17,808 nucleotides of DNA from assembly GCA_046542505.1 (NCBI GenBank), contig JBKHBH010000037.1, positions 1-17,808 of the forward strand, read 5' to 3'. Numbering within the stretch: the first letter of the stretch is position 1; each line of letters begins with the position of its first letter. The DNA comes from Thermovirgaceae bacterium. GTDB taxonomy: Bacteria > Synergistota > Synergistia > Synergistales > Thermovirgaceae. The notes under the pieces were generated by a model, which was given only the letters and a program-made list of their open reading frames with translations, made no database searches and had not been told where the DNA came from. Positions 1 to 7,942 of the stretch are shown here, one piece after another. Position numbers and translations under genes: made by a program.

Positions 1-860
1 TGGTCGGCGGCGAGGGCCCCGCTGGCATAACCGAGGATCTCGGCCATGGGCTCGTACCCCTGCGATCTGGCCCACTCTTCGTCGGCCACGACCACGGCGC
101 TTCCCGCATCGCACAGGGCCGAGCTCGTTCCTGCCGTCACTGTTCCGCCCTCGCGGAAGATGGCGGGAAGCCGGCCGAGTTTTTCCATGCTCGTGTCGGC
201 CCTGGGAATCTCCTCGGTAGCGAAGGTGATGGTCTCCTTTTTCCTTTTCACCGTGACAGGGACGGTCTCCTCTTCGAAAAGCCCCTTTTCCACCGCGGCC
301 AGAGCCTTTTTGTGGCTTTCAAAGGCGAAGGCGTCCTGTTCCTCGCGACTGATGTCATACTCGTCCACAAGGATTTCCGCCGTGGCGCCCATCATCATAT
401 CCGCCAGGGGACACATGAACCCGTCCTTGTGCAGTACGTCCATTGCGGTCTTGTCCCCCATCCTGTGGCCCCAGCGAGCCTCAGGCAGGATATAGGGCGT
501 CTTCGAGGCACTCTCCATGCCTCCTGCGACAGCGGCCCTGATATCGCCCAGGCGCACCCTGTCGGAGGCGAGCATGACGGCCCTGAGTCCCGAGCCACAT
601 CGTTTGTTCACCGTAAAGGCCGGAATGCTCTGCGGGAGTCCCGCCTTGTACAAGGCAATTCGGGCCGGGTTCGCCCCGACGCCGGCCTGCCAGCCGTTTC
701 CCATGATAACTTCGGCGATATCCCTGTCGGAAAGACCCGACCGCCTCATGGCATCGGCGATGGCGAACCCTCCGAGGTCCGTGGCCTCAAAGGATGACAA
801 CGTTCCGCCAAACTTTCCGCCGCCGGTCCTGCAGGCGGAAAGCACAACAGCTTTTCCCAT
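1..860 (-). CDS. Thiolase family protein (acetyl-CoA C-acyltransferase), 3' end truncated by window edge
   Basis: Absent from the ORF track (no stop in window); translated by hand. ATG at 860 with GGGAG SD gives MGKAVVLSACRTGGGKFGGTL..., VIMGNGWQAG, catalytic-Cys motif AFTVNKRCGSGLR, AGGMES, MMMGATAE, GGTVTAG. Confidence 0.93.
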   Translation of the reverse strand, partial: MGKAVVLSACRTGGGKFGGTLSSFEATDLGGFAIADAMRRSGLSDRDIAEVIMGNGWQAGVGANPARIALYKAGLPQSIPAFTVNKRCGSGLRAVMLASDRVRLGDIRAAVAGGMESASKTPYILPEARWGHRMGDKTAMDVLHKDGFMCPLADMMMGATAEILVDEYDISREEQDAFAFESHKKALAAVEKGLFEEETVPVTVKRKKETITFATEEIPRADTSMEKLGRLPAIFREGGTVTAGTSSALCDAGSAVVVADEEWARSQGYEPMAEILGYASGALAAD

Positions 861-890
861 TTTTCGTCACGCTCCCTTGTCTTCCGGAAA

Positions 891-923
891 CGGGGGACCA
901 GGGGAAAACTCCAAAGTCCCCCG
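891..923 (-). terminator. GC-rich stem-loop between CoA-transferase beta and thiolase (weak terminator or mRNA stabiliser)
   Basis: Perfect 8-bp inverted repeat CGGGGGAC (891-898) / GTCCCCCG (916-923); only TTT follows on the minus strand. Confidence 0.45.
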
Positions 924-930
924 ATGATTT

Positions 931-1620
931 TCAGTCCTGCTCTTCTTCCTCGCAGCCCTGCATGACGCACAGGTCCGGGCTTGTCACATATTCAGCCTCG
1001 GTGACTTCCTTGAGGTCCTCTTCCGAGACGCCCGGCGCCAGTTCCTCGAGCACCATCCTGCCCTCAACGAATCGAAAGACGGCATACTCGGTGACGACAA
1101 GGCTCACTACGCCCGCCCCCGTCAGGGGCAAACTACACTTTTTCACCAGTTTCGCCCCGCCCTTTTTGGTGGTGTGGGTGGTGGCCACGATGACATGCTT
1201 TGCCCCGGTCACGAGGTCCATGGCCCCGCCCATGCCGGGAACGAGCTTGCCTGGGATCCACCAGTTGGCCAGGTTTCCTTCCTGGTCCACCTGCAGCGCT
1301 CCAAGCACCGTAGCATCAAGGTGGCCGCCGCGGATGAGGCCGAAGCTGAAATCGCTGGCGATGAGGGCACCGCCCGGAAGGACAGAGAGGCACCGCCCAC
1401 CAGCGCCGATGAAACGGAGGTCATCCTCGGGCGGTTTGGGCCCGGCCCCCACGACGCCGTTTTCCGTCTGGAAGGTCACCCTGACGCCCGCGGGGATATG
1501 GTCCGATACCAAAGTCGGGATCCCGATCCCCAGATTCACAACGTCGCCGTCCACGAATTCCCGGGCGATCCGCCTGGCTATTCTGTGGCGCACGACTTCT
1601 TCATCAAGTACGGGAAGCAT
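931..1620 (-). CDS. 3-oxoacid CoA-transferase beta subunit (AtoA/ScoB/YodR-like)
   Basis: 229 aa; VNLGIGIPT, FQTENG (catalytic Glu, S/TENG motif), GALQVD..GNLANW, PGMGGAMDLV, CSLPLTG; GAAGGGGG SD; overlaps the alpha-subunit 3' end by 17 nt. Confidence 0.95.
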   Translation of the reverse strand: MLPVLDEEVVRHRIARRIAREFVDGDVVNLGIGIPTLVSDHIPAGVRVTFQTENGVVGAGPKPPEDDLRFIGAGGRCLSVLPGGALIASDFSFGLIRGGHLDATVLGALQVDQEGNLANWWIPGKLVPGMGGAMDLVTGAKHVIVATTHTTKKGGAKLVKKCSLPLTGAGVVSLVVTEYAVFRFVEGRMVLEELAPGVSEEDLKEVTEAEYVTSPDLCVMQGCEEEEQD

Positions 1621-2302
1621 AGTAGGAATCCCCCTTCAAAACGAGAATGTCCACCAGGATTCCGGGCGTGACCACATCGTTGGGGTCGAGCTTGCCCACT
1701 TCCAGGATGGCATCCACCTCTGCGATGACAACGTCCGCCGCGGCTGCCATGGCAGGGTTGAAGTTCCGGTTCGTTCCGTAGTAAACGATGTTGCCGTAGC
1801 GGTCCGCCCTGTAGCCCCGTATCAATGCCACATCGGCCTTCAGGGGCAGTTCAAGGATGTATTTGCGGCCGTCGATTTCGAGAACCTGCTTCCCCTCCTC
1901 GTGAACCGTTCCCACACCCGTCGGAGTGAGAATGCCGCCCAGGCCGAATCCGCCGGCCCTGATCCGTTCCACAAAGGTTCCCTGGGGGACGAGCTCCAGA
2001 TCCAGCTTCCCTTCGTTGAACAGGCGCTGGGTGGCCTTGTTGAGCCCCACATGGGACGCGATGACCTTTTTGACCTGCCCGGCCGTTACCAGTTTTCCGT
2101 GCCCCACATCATCGTAGGCGGTGTCATTGGCGACAAGGGTCAGGTCCTTCGTGCCGGCCGACACCAGCGCATCCACGAGAGTATAGGGGATGCCACCGTA
2201 GTTGAAACCGCCGACCATGACCGAGCTTCCCGGCTCGATGTGATTCACGGCCTCCTCGGCGGAGGTGACGGGCTTGATGACTTTTGTAGGCATGAGGTTC
2301 AT
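1604..2302 (-). CDS. 3-oxoacid CoA-transferase alpha subunit (AtoD/ScoA/YodS-like)
   Basis: Start reassigned to ATG 2302 (ATGA overlap with the permease stop, AGGAGG SD; ATG 2293 is an alternative). VMVGGF..GIP, SHVGLN, PQGTFVERIRAGGFGLGGILTPTGVGT, ADRYGN, NFNPAMA, VVTPGILVD. Confidence 0.95.
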   Translation of the reverse strand: MNLMPTKVIKPVTSAEEAVNHIEPGSSVMVGGFNYGGIPYTLVDALVSAGTKDLTLVANDTAYDDVGHGKLVTAGQVKKVIASHVGLNKATQRLFNEGKLDLELVPQGTFVERIRAGGFGLGGILTPTGVGTVHEEGKQVLEIDGRKYILELPLKADVALIRGYRADRYGNIVYYGTNRNFNPAMAAAADVVIAEVDAILEVGKLDPNDVVTPGILVDILVLKGDSYYASRT

Positions 2303-4293
2303 GATCCCTCCTTCTCGGAATCTGTCTGTTCTGCTGCAATTGGTTCGCCCATTTCCGCCTTGTCCAGTTTCGCCTTCCGCTGCTGCAGGAACAGCACTCC
2401 GCCCAAAACCGCGATGCCGAAAATGTCCGTCACAAAGCCGGGCTTGATGAGGGCAAAGGCGGTGATTCCAAAGAGAATCCGTTCGATCACGTTCAGTTTC
2501 GCAATGTAATAGTTCTGCACGCAGGCCGCCAGGGCAATGACGCCGAGGATGGCCGTTGTGCTTGCCAGAAGAACCCGCCAAAGTTCCCCCTGGAAGAGAA
2601 GCGCCTGGTTATAGGCAAACATGAAGGGCACGATAAATCCCGCCAGGGCAAGTCCCAAAGCCGTGAATCCCGTGCGCATGGCGTTGGCCCGTGCGATTCC
2701 CGCTCCAGCGTAGGCCGCCAGAGCCACAGGCGGCGTGATGTCCGCAATGACGCCGTAATAAAGGATAAACAGGTGCGCCGCCAGCATGGGAACTCCCATC
2801 TTGTGGATAGCCGGAGCCGCCAAAGTGGAGAGGATGATGTACTTGGCCGTTGTCGGCAGGCCCATGCCGAGAATGATGGAGGCGATCATGGTCAGAATCA
2901 GCGCGAGAAAAAGGATGCCATGGGACAGGCTGATGATAAAGGACGTGAAGGCCAGCCCGAGGCCCGTGATGCCAACCACGCCGATGACGATCCCCGAACA
3001 GGCGCAGGCGGCGGCCACTTCCACGGCCGACGTCCCCCCCTCTATGAAGGAATCGATGATTTTTTTTGGTGTCATCCGGTGTTCCTTCGGCCCGATCCAG
3101 CTCACGCCGATCAGAAGCATGATTGACCAGAAGACGGCTTTGATGGCCGAATACCCGAAGGCGAGAAAAACGATGAGTGTCACCACCGGAAGAAGGAGAT
3201 GCCATCCTTTTTTGAGAACTTCCTTCGACTTCGGGAGCTGGTCCTTCGGGATTCCCTTTATACCTTCACGGCCGGCCCTGAAGTGGACCATGGCGAAGAT
3301 GGAGAAAAAGTACAGCGCCGCCGGGATCGCCGCCGAAACGACGATGGTCCAGTAGGATATTCCCAGAAACTGGGCCATGACAAAGGCCGCGGCCCCCATG
3401 ACGGGCGGCATGATCTGGCCGCCCGTGGAAGACGCCGCTTCCACGGCGCCGGCGAAATGACTGGGATAGCCCACGCTTTTCATCAGGGGGATCGTAAAGG
3501 ACCCGGTGGTCACCGTGTTCGCCACGGAGCTTCCGGAAACGCTTCCCATGAGTGCGCTGGACACGATTGCCGCTTTCGCCGGCCCTCCCCTGCTTCTGCC
3601 CGTCAGGGCAAAGGCGAGGTCGATGAAAAACTGCCCGGCACCGGAAACATTCAGCACCGCCCCGAAGAGGACGAACAAAAAGATGAACGACGCCGAGACC
3701 CCCAGGGGAACGCCGAAGATCCCGTCAGTCCGCAGGTACATGTAGGGCGCCAGTTCACTGACGGGAAATCCCGGATGGGCCAGCATTCCCGGCAGGTACG
3801 GGCCGAAGACGGCATAGAGCAGCGCCACGATGGCCACAATGGGAAGCGGCCATCCCACGGTCCGCCTGGTGGCATCGATGACCAGAACGGTCATGATGAC
3901 GCCCAGAACGATATCGGACTGCACGGGATTTCCTGCCCTGTTGGTTATGGCCTCCCAGTTGATCAGGATGTTCATGCAGCCATATACCAGAAGCCCCGCC
4001 AGGGCCCAGTCCCAGATGTCGATTTTGTCCACCGGGCGTTTTTTCGATATGGGATAAAGCAGGAAAATGATGGCTCCCATGAGCAGCCAGTGAATGCCCC
4101 GTTGCTTCATGGCGTAGAAAAGCCCGAAGGCCGCCGTGTAAAGATGAAAACATGAAGCCGCAATCGCCAGGGCGGCGATGGTCCAGTATTGCCAGCCCTC
4201 GAGCTGGCGCTTCCCGCCTTCGAGCTTTCTCAAAATTTCCTCGTCGGCGATTTTTCCCCCCTGTTGGGTATTATTCTTTTTCTCGTCTTTCAT
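2299..4293 (-). CDS. TRAP transporter fused permease (4TM/12TM DctQM fusion, TAXI-associated)
   Basis: Start ATG 4293 (GGAGGGAG SD), 664 aa, highly hydrophobic; GGPAKAAIVSSALMGSVSGSSVAN, EAASSTGGQIMPPVMGAAAF, GMGLPTT, ADITPPVALAAY. Confidence 0.95.
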   Translation of the reverse strand: MKDEKKNNTQQGGKIADEEILRKLEGGKRQLEGWQYWTIAALAIAASCFHLYTAAFGLFYAMKQRGIHWLLMGAIIFLLYPISKKRPVDKIDIWDWALAGLLVYGCMNILINWEAITNRAGNPVQSDIVLGVIMTVLVIDATRRTVGWPLPIVAIVALLYAVFGPYLPGMLAHPGFPVSELAPYMYLRTDGIFGVPLGVSASFIFLFVLFGAVLNVSGAGQFFIDLAFALTGRSRGGPAKAAIVSSALMGSVSGSSVANTVTTGSFTIPLMKSVGYPSHFAGAVEAASSTGGQIMPPVMGAAAFVMAQFLGISYWTIVVSAAIPAALYFFSIFAMVHFRAGREGIKGIPKDQLPKSKEVLKKGWHLLLPVVTLIVFLAFGYSAIKAVFWSIMLLIGVSWIGPKEHRMTPKKIIDSFIEGGTSAVEVAAACACSGIVIGVVGITGLGLAFTSFIISLSHGILFLALILTMIASIILGMGLPTTAKYIILSTLAAPAIHKMGVPMLAAHLFILYYGVIADITPPVALAAYAGAGIARANAMRTGFTALGLALAGFIVPFMFAYNQALLFQGELWRVLLASTTAILGVIALAACVQNYYIAKLNVIERILFGITAFALIKPGFVTDIFGIAVLGGVLFLQQRKAKLDKAEMGEPIAAEQTDSEKEGS

Positions 4294-4337
4294 ATGCCGC
4301 TCCCTCCAAAAGACAAATAGAATCCCGAGCCGGAAGG

Positions 4338-4361
4338 GGGGCGGGTGCAAAGGCCCGCCCC
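4338..4361 (-). other. Intercistronic stem-loop after the TAXI receptor gene
   Basis: GGGGCGGG (4338-4345) / CCCGCCCC (4354-4361), 8-nt loop, no U-tract; typical position for differential stabilisation of binding-protein mRNA. Confidence 0.55.
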
Positions 4362-4380
4362 TGTGCTGCAATGTGTTCTG

Positions 4381-5334
4381 CTATTTCTTACACTCGTAGC
4401 CTTGTTCGTCGAAGTATTTGGCAGCGCCGGGATGGTAGGGGATAATCCCCTTGCTGGCTTCTTCGGGAATGAAGTGAGCCGCCTGGGGCGTCACGTCCAT
4501 GAACGCGTCCTTGTTTTCGATGAGGGTCTTGACGAGATTGTAGGCAAGCTCTTCGTCCATGTTCTCGTGAACCACCATGTAGTTCCCGTCTGCGATGGTC
4601 AAAACCGGCTCGGTGATGGACTTGTATACGCCGCCTTCAAGGGTGTAGGGCAAAAGGAAGGGGTTCTTCTCGACGATCTTGTCTACGAGATCTTCCGGCA
4701 GCGGGATGAAGCGGACCTTGCGGACAGCCTCGACTTCCATGACGGCCGCGCCGGGAGCGGCGAAATTCCAGAATACGGCGTCTACATTGCCGTCTTTCAG
4801 GGCCGTGGCCGCCTCGGGCTGGGTCAGCTGGGCCATGTCAAAATCCTCTTCAGGATCGATGCCGGCGGCATCGAGGATCATCCTGGTCAGCACCTGGTTC
4901 CCGCTGCCCGGGGCCCCGATGGAGACCCGTTTGCCCTTGAGGTCGTCGAAGGTCTTGATCCCGGACTTTTCAATGGTCAGAAGATGCTGTGGCGCGGGGT
5001 ACATGTTGAAAAGAGTCATGAGGGGCAGCTCACCATCTTCTTCAAAGGCTTCGGTCCCGGTGTAGGCCTGCCACAGGGTTGACCCCATGGTCATCCCCAT
5101 CTGGGCCTTGCCGGAGGCCACGAGGCGGCAGTTTTCCTTCGAGGCCGCCGTCGTCCTGGACGTAGCCTTCACATCAATGCCGGCCTTGTTGAGGACCTCG
5201 GCCATGGCACCGCCGAGAGGATAGTATGTGCCTCCCACTCCGCCGGAACCGATGGTGACGAAAGTCACAGCAAAAGCCGCCGCCGAGAACGCCAGAACCG
5301 CTGCTACTGCAAGAGGTACGAGAACCTTTTTCAT
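4381..5334 (-). CDS. TAXI family TRAP transporter solute-binding subunit
   Basis: Start ATG 5334 (AAAGGAGG SD), 317 aa; signal peptide MKKVLVPLAVAAVLAFSAAAFA; TIGSGGVGGTYYPLG, DLKGKRVSIGAPGSG, ALKDGNVDA, C-terminal IPYHPGAAKYF. Confidence 0.95.
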   Translation of the reverse strand: MKKVLVPLAVAAVLAFSAAAFAVTFVTIGSGGVGGTYYPLGGAMAEVLNKAGIDVKATSRTTAASKENCRLVASGKAQMGMTMGSTLWQAYTGTEAFEEDGELPLMTLFNMYPAPQHLLTIEKSGIKTFDDLKGKRVSIGAPGSGNQVLTRMILDAAGIDPEEDFDMAQLTQPEAATALKDGNVDAVFWNFAAPGAAVMEVEAVRKVRFIPLPEDLVDKIVEKNPFLLPYTLEGGVYKSITEPVLTIADGNYMVVHENMDEELAYNLVKTLIENKDAFMDVTPQAAHFIPEEASKGIIPYHPGAAKYFDEQGYECKK

Positions 5335-5460
5335 CCTGCACACTCCTCCTTTTCTCTGCTTCACCCGATCAACGGGTGATTACCGATGTTTCCCGTTCTT
5401 TCCGACTCCAAATGGGTCATTCGGAAACGCGCCGGGTCTCACCTCCCTCGATTCTTCCAA

Positions 5461-6855
5461 TTACCGGGATGAATCCAGAAGTCTTGTCGAGGCCGCCTTG
5501 AGGCTCTCTTCGAGGATCGAAAGGATTTCGTCGATCTGGTCCTCCTGGACCACCAACGGCGGCGCGACCATGAAACTGTCGCCGTCTACGCCGTCGACCA
5601 TGCCCGTACCCGGGTAGACGATCAGCCCCCGTTTCGTGCACTCTTCGGAAACGACGCCGACCGCCCGGGCAGCCTTCGGGAAGGGCTGCTTCGTCTTCTT
5701 GTCGGCCACGATCTCGACACCTCGCATGAGGCCAAGCCCGCGGGTTTCGCCCACGATCGGAACCTCTTCTAGTTTTTTCAGCCCCTCACTGAGCCGCTGT
5801 CCCTGTTTCGCGGCGTTCTCGAAGAGCCCCTTTCTTTTCATGTACCGCACCGTCGCCGCCGTGGCCGCCGCCGACAGGGGGTTGCCGTTGTAAGTGTGGC
5901 CGTGCACGAAGGCACCGCTCCCCTTTTTGATAACCTCCACGATTGCGTTTTTGACAAATATGCCGCCCGTCGGGACGTACCCCGCGGCCATGCTTTTCGC
6001 AGCCGCCATGATATCCGGGACAACGTCCCAGTGCTGAACGGCGAAAGCTTTTCCGGTCCTGCCAAAACCCGTCATGACTTCGTCGGCGACGAGGAGGATG
6101 TCGTAGCGGTCACAGATCTCCCGGACCATGGGCCAGTATTCCGGCGGCGGGTTCAGGGCGCCCACCGTTGAGCCCACCACGGGCTCGGCCAGGAAGGCGG
6201 CGATATACTGCGGACCTGTCCGTTTGATCGCCAGCTCCACCTGCTTGGCGCACATGAGGCCGCAGGAAGGGTATTTTTGACCCCAGGGGCACCGGTAGCA
6301 ATAGTGGGTGTCCACCTTCGGGTGCTCCTTGAACATGGGGGCGTACATCCGCCGGCGCGGCATGTTGCCGCCTACGGCCATGGTGCCGATGGTGCTCCCG
6401 TGATAGGAGTTGTAGCGGGAAAGAATCAGGTGCTTCTGCGAGCCGGAGCCGTCACGCTCGACGTAGTACTGCCTGGCGAGCTTGACGGCCGATTCGACGG
6501 CTTCGCTCCCCCCGCTGACGAACCAGACCCAGTCCAGGTCCCCGGGAGTGAGTTCGGCGATCTCCTCGGCGGCTTCTTCGGAAGGCCTGTTTCTCCAGCG
6601 TGACGGGTGAGCGAAGGCCATGGTCGCCAGCTGCTCTGAAATCGCCTCGACCACTTCGGGGACACTGTGACCGATGCTGGAAATGAGAGCCCCCGAGCAC
6701 CCGTCAAGGTACCTGTTGCCCTTTTCGTCATGGATATAAAGTCCTTCGGTGCGAACGGCGAGGGGCAAATCACCCTTCAACGTCCTGGGGAGTACGTGAC
6801 CTGTGCCCAATCCTTTCATCTCCTTTTTCGCGTGGGGTTTATGGCCGTGTTTCAA
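5461..6855 (-). CDS. Class-III PLP-dependent aminotransferase (omega/beta-amino-acid type, YodT-like)
   Basis: 464 aa from a TTG overlapping the regulator stop (TTGA); YLDGCSG, FVSGGSEAVE, SYHG, AEPVVG, LVADEVMTGFGRTG, PDIMAAAKS (PLP Lys), HGHTY, RGLG, APPL. Start could be the later ATG at 6819. Confidence 0.93.
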   Translation of the reverse strand: MKHGHKPHAKKEMKGLGTGHVLPRTLKGDLPLAVRTEGLYIHDEKGNRYLDGCSGALISSIGHSVPEVVEAISEQLATMAFAHPSRWRNRPSEEAAEEIAELTPGDLDWVWFVSGGSEAVESAVKLARQYYVERDGSGSQKHLILSRYNSYHGSTIGTMAVGGNMPRRRMYAPMFKEHPKVDTHYCYRCPWGQKYPSCGLMCAKQVELAIKRTGPQYIAAFLAEPVVGSTVGALNPPPEYWPMVREICDRYDILLVADEVMTGFGRTGKAFAVQHWDVVPDIMAAAKSMAAGYVPTGGIFVKNAIVEVIKKGSGAFVHGHTYNGNPLSAAATAATVRYMKRKGLFENAAKQGQRLSEGLKKLEEVPIVGETRGLGLMRGVEIVADKKTKQPFPKAARAVGVVSEECTKRGLIVYPGTGMVDGVDGDSFMVAPPLVVQEDQIDEILSILEESLKAASTRLLDSSR

Positions 6856-7742
6856 TCACCGCCGTCACTGCTGCTTTCTGATGCCTTTGCGGGATCGCCA
6901 TGGCGCTCCCTTGCCTGATAGACGCCCGTTTCCTTCCAGACCTCCTCGAGTTCCGCCAGTTTTTTCCGGGTCTCATCGCCCAGCTTTCGCGACGCCGCAA
7001 GAATGATGCAATTGATGACGCTGACCGGCGCCGTGAAAGAGTCTATGAAGGAAAGGGGATTCCAGGGAACGGTGACGACCAGCTCCGAATGGGCCGCCAG
7101 CGGGCTCGAATAGTCGTTGGTCACCGCGGCGACTTTCAGGCCCTTTTTCCGGGCGTGCTGCAGCATCTGGATCGTCCAGGTGGTATACCTTGGGAAACTG
7201 ATCCCGACGACAAGAGTCTCCCTGGCCGCTCTGGTGATCTTTTCCAGGGCTGTTTCCGAGTCGAGGAGTTCCACCGTCGGGAAAAGCCAGGAGAGGTAGT
7301 GGAAGAGGTAGTAGGCAAGGGCTCTCGAGCTTCTGTGCCCCACAATGAACACCGATTCGGCGCCCGCAATTTCGCCGCCCAACCGCTCGATGGCCTCAAC
7401 ATCAACTTCCGCCCGTGCCGAGGCGAGGGAATCCATGTCGCTTTCTATGGCCTTGTGGACCAGGCTTCCCGCTTCCTGGGCGGAGTATTCCCCGATCCGC
7501 TCCAGAGTCGACAGGCGCTCCATGAGGAGGTCCTTCACGGCTGTCCGGAGACCGGGATACCCCTCGAACCCAAGGGCCGAGGCAAAACGGATCACCGTCG
7601 ACTCGCTCACGCCAACCCTCTCGCCGACCTTGGCGGCGGTCAAAAAGGCCGCGTCCTTCGGGTTTTCCAGAATGAACCTCGCCGTTTCCTGCTGCCCTGG
7701 CGTAAGATCATGCATCTTGTCGGCAACCAGTTTCCTGAGCAT
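6852..7742 (-). CDS. MurR/RpiR family transcriptional regulator (HTH + SIS)
   Basis: 296 aa; HTH TAAKVGERVGVSESTVIRFASALGFEGY; SIS domain with ISFPRY and VTNDYSSPLA; GGGAGG SD. Confidence 0.93.
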   Translation of the reverse strand: MLRKLVADKMHDLTPGQQETARFILENPKDAAFLTAAKVGERVGVSESTVIRFASALGFEGYPGLRTAVKDLLMERLSTLERIGEYSAQEAGSLVHKAIESDMDSLASARAEVDVEAIERLGGEIAGAESVFIVGHRSSRALAYYLFHYLSWLFPTVELLDSETALEKITRAARETLVVGISFPRYTTWTIQMLQHARKKGLKVAAVTNDYSSPLAAHSELVVTVPWNPLSFIDSFTAPVSVINCIILAASRKLGDETRKKLAELEEVWKETGVYQARERHGDPAKASESSSDGGD

Positions 7743-7796
7743 CCATTCCCTCCCGGGAAAAGCTTTCCTGCATACGCAAAACCTGCACTGGTAGTC

Positions 7797-7824
7797 TATT
7801 TATGCAGGATTTCCTGCATAAATA
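7797..7824. promoter_or_regulatory. Perfect 28-bp palindromic operator
   Basis: TATTTATGCAGGA-TT-TCCTGCATAAATA (13-bp perfect arms); overlaps the -10 and likely start site of the leftward promoter. Confidence 0.75.
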
Positions 7825-7850
7825 ATAGCCACTGCCATTTCCTCTGTCAA
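7822..7850 (-). promoter_or_regulatory. Sigma70/SigA promoter of the RpiR-aminotransferase-TRAP operon
   Basis: Minus strand TTGACA (7850-7845), 17-nt spacer, TATTAT (7827-7822). Confidence 0.75.
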
Positions 7851-7942
7851 CCTCGATCTTGCCGGATATATAATCGCCCTTCCACATACGTGCTGATATA
7901 ATGCACTCAAGGAGTTCGCGGAATTCGAAAAACGCCTCCAGG

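Noticed and set aside
794..2509. 571-aa plus-strand ORF, and other long alternative ORFs (3199-4155, 6900-7901, 9833-10747, 15684-16919)
   Set aside because: Antisense or frame-shifted shadows of well-supported genes in GC-rich DNA; no recognisable motifs or SD.
2303..2581. N-terminal extension of CoA-transferase alpha in the ORF track (similar extensions for permease, TAXI, pstB, phoR, arsM, marR)
   Set aside because: The extensions overlap upstream genes or lack an SD; downstream ATGs have clear SDs or stop-start overlaps.
3034..3067. C7 and T8 homopolymer runs in the TRAP permease, possible phase variation
   Set aside because: The runs are short, the frame is intact, and they encode ordinary Gly/Lys codons.
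5461..6855. Assignment as bioA (DAPA aminotransferase)
   Set aside because: No biotin genes nearby; it has GCSGA rather than the BioA SSWW motif, and the context is catabolic.
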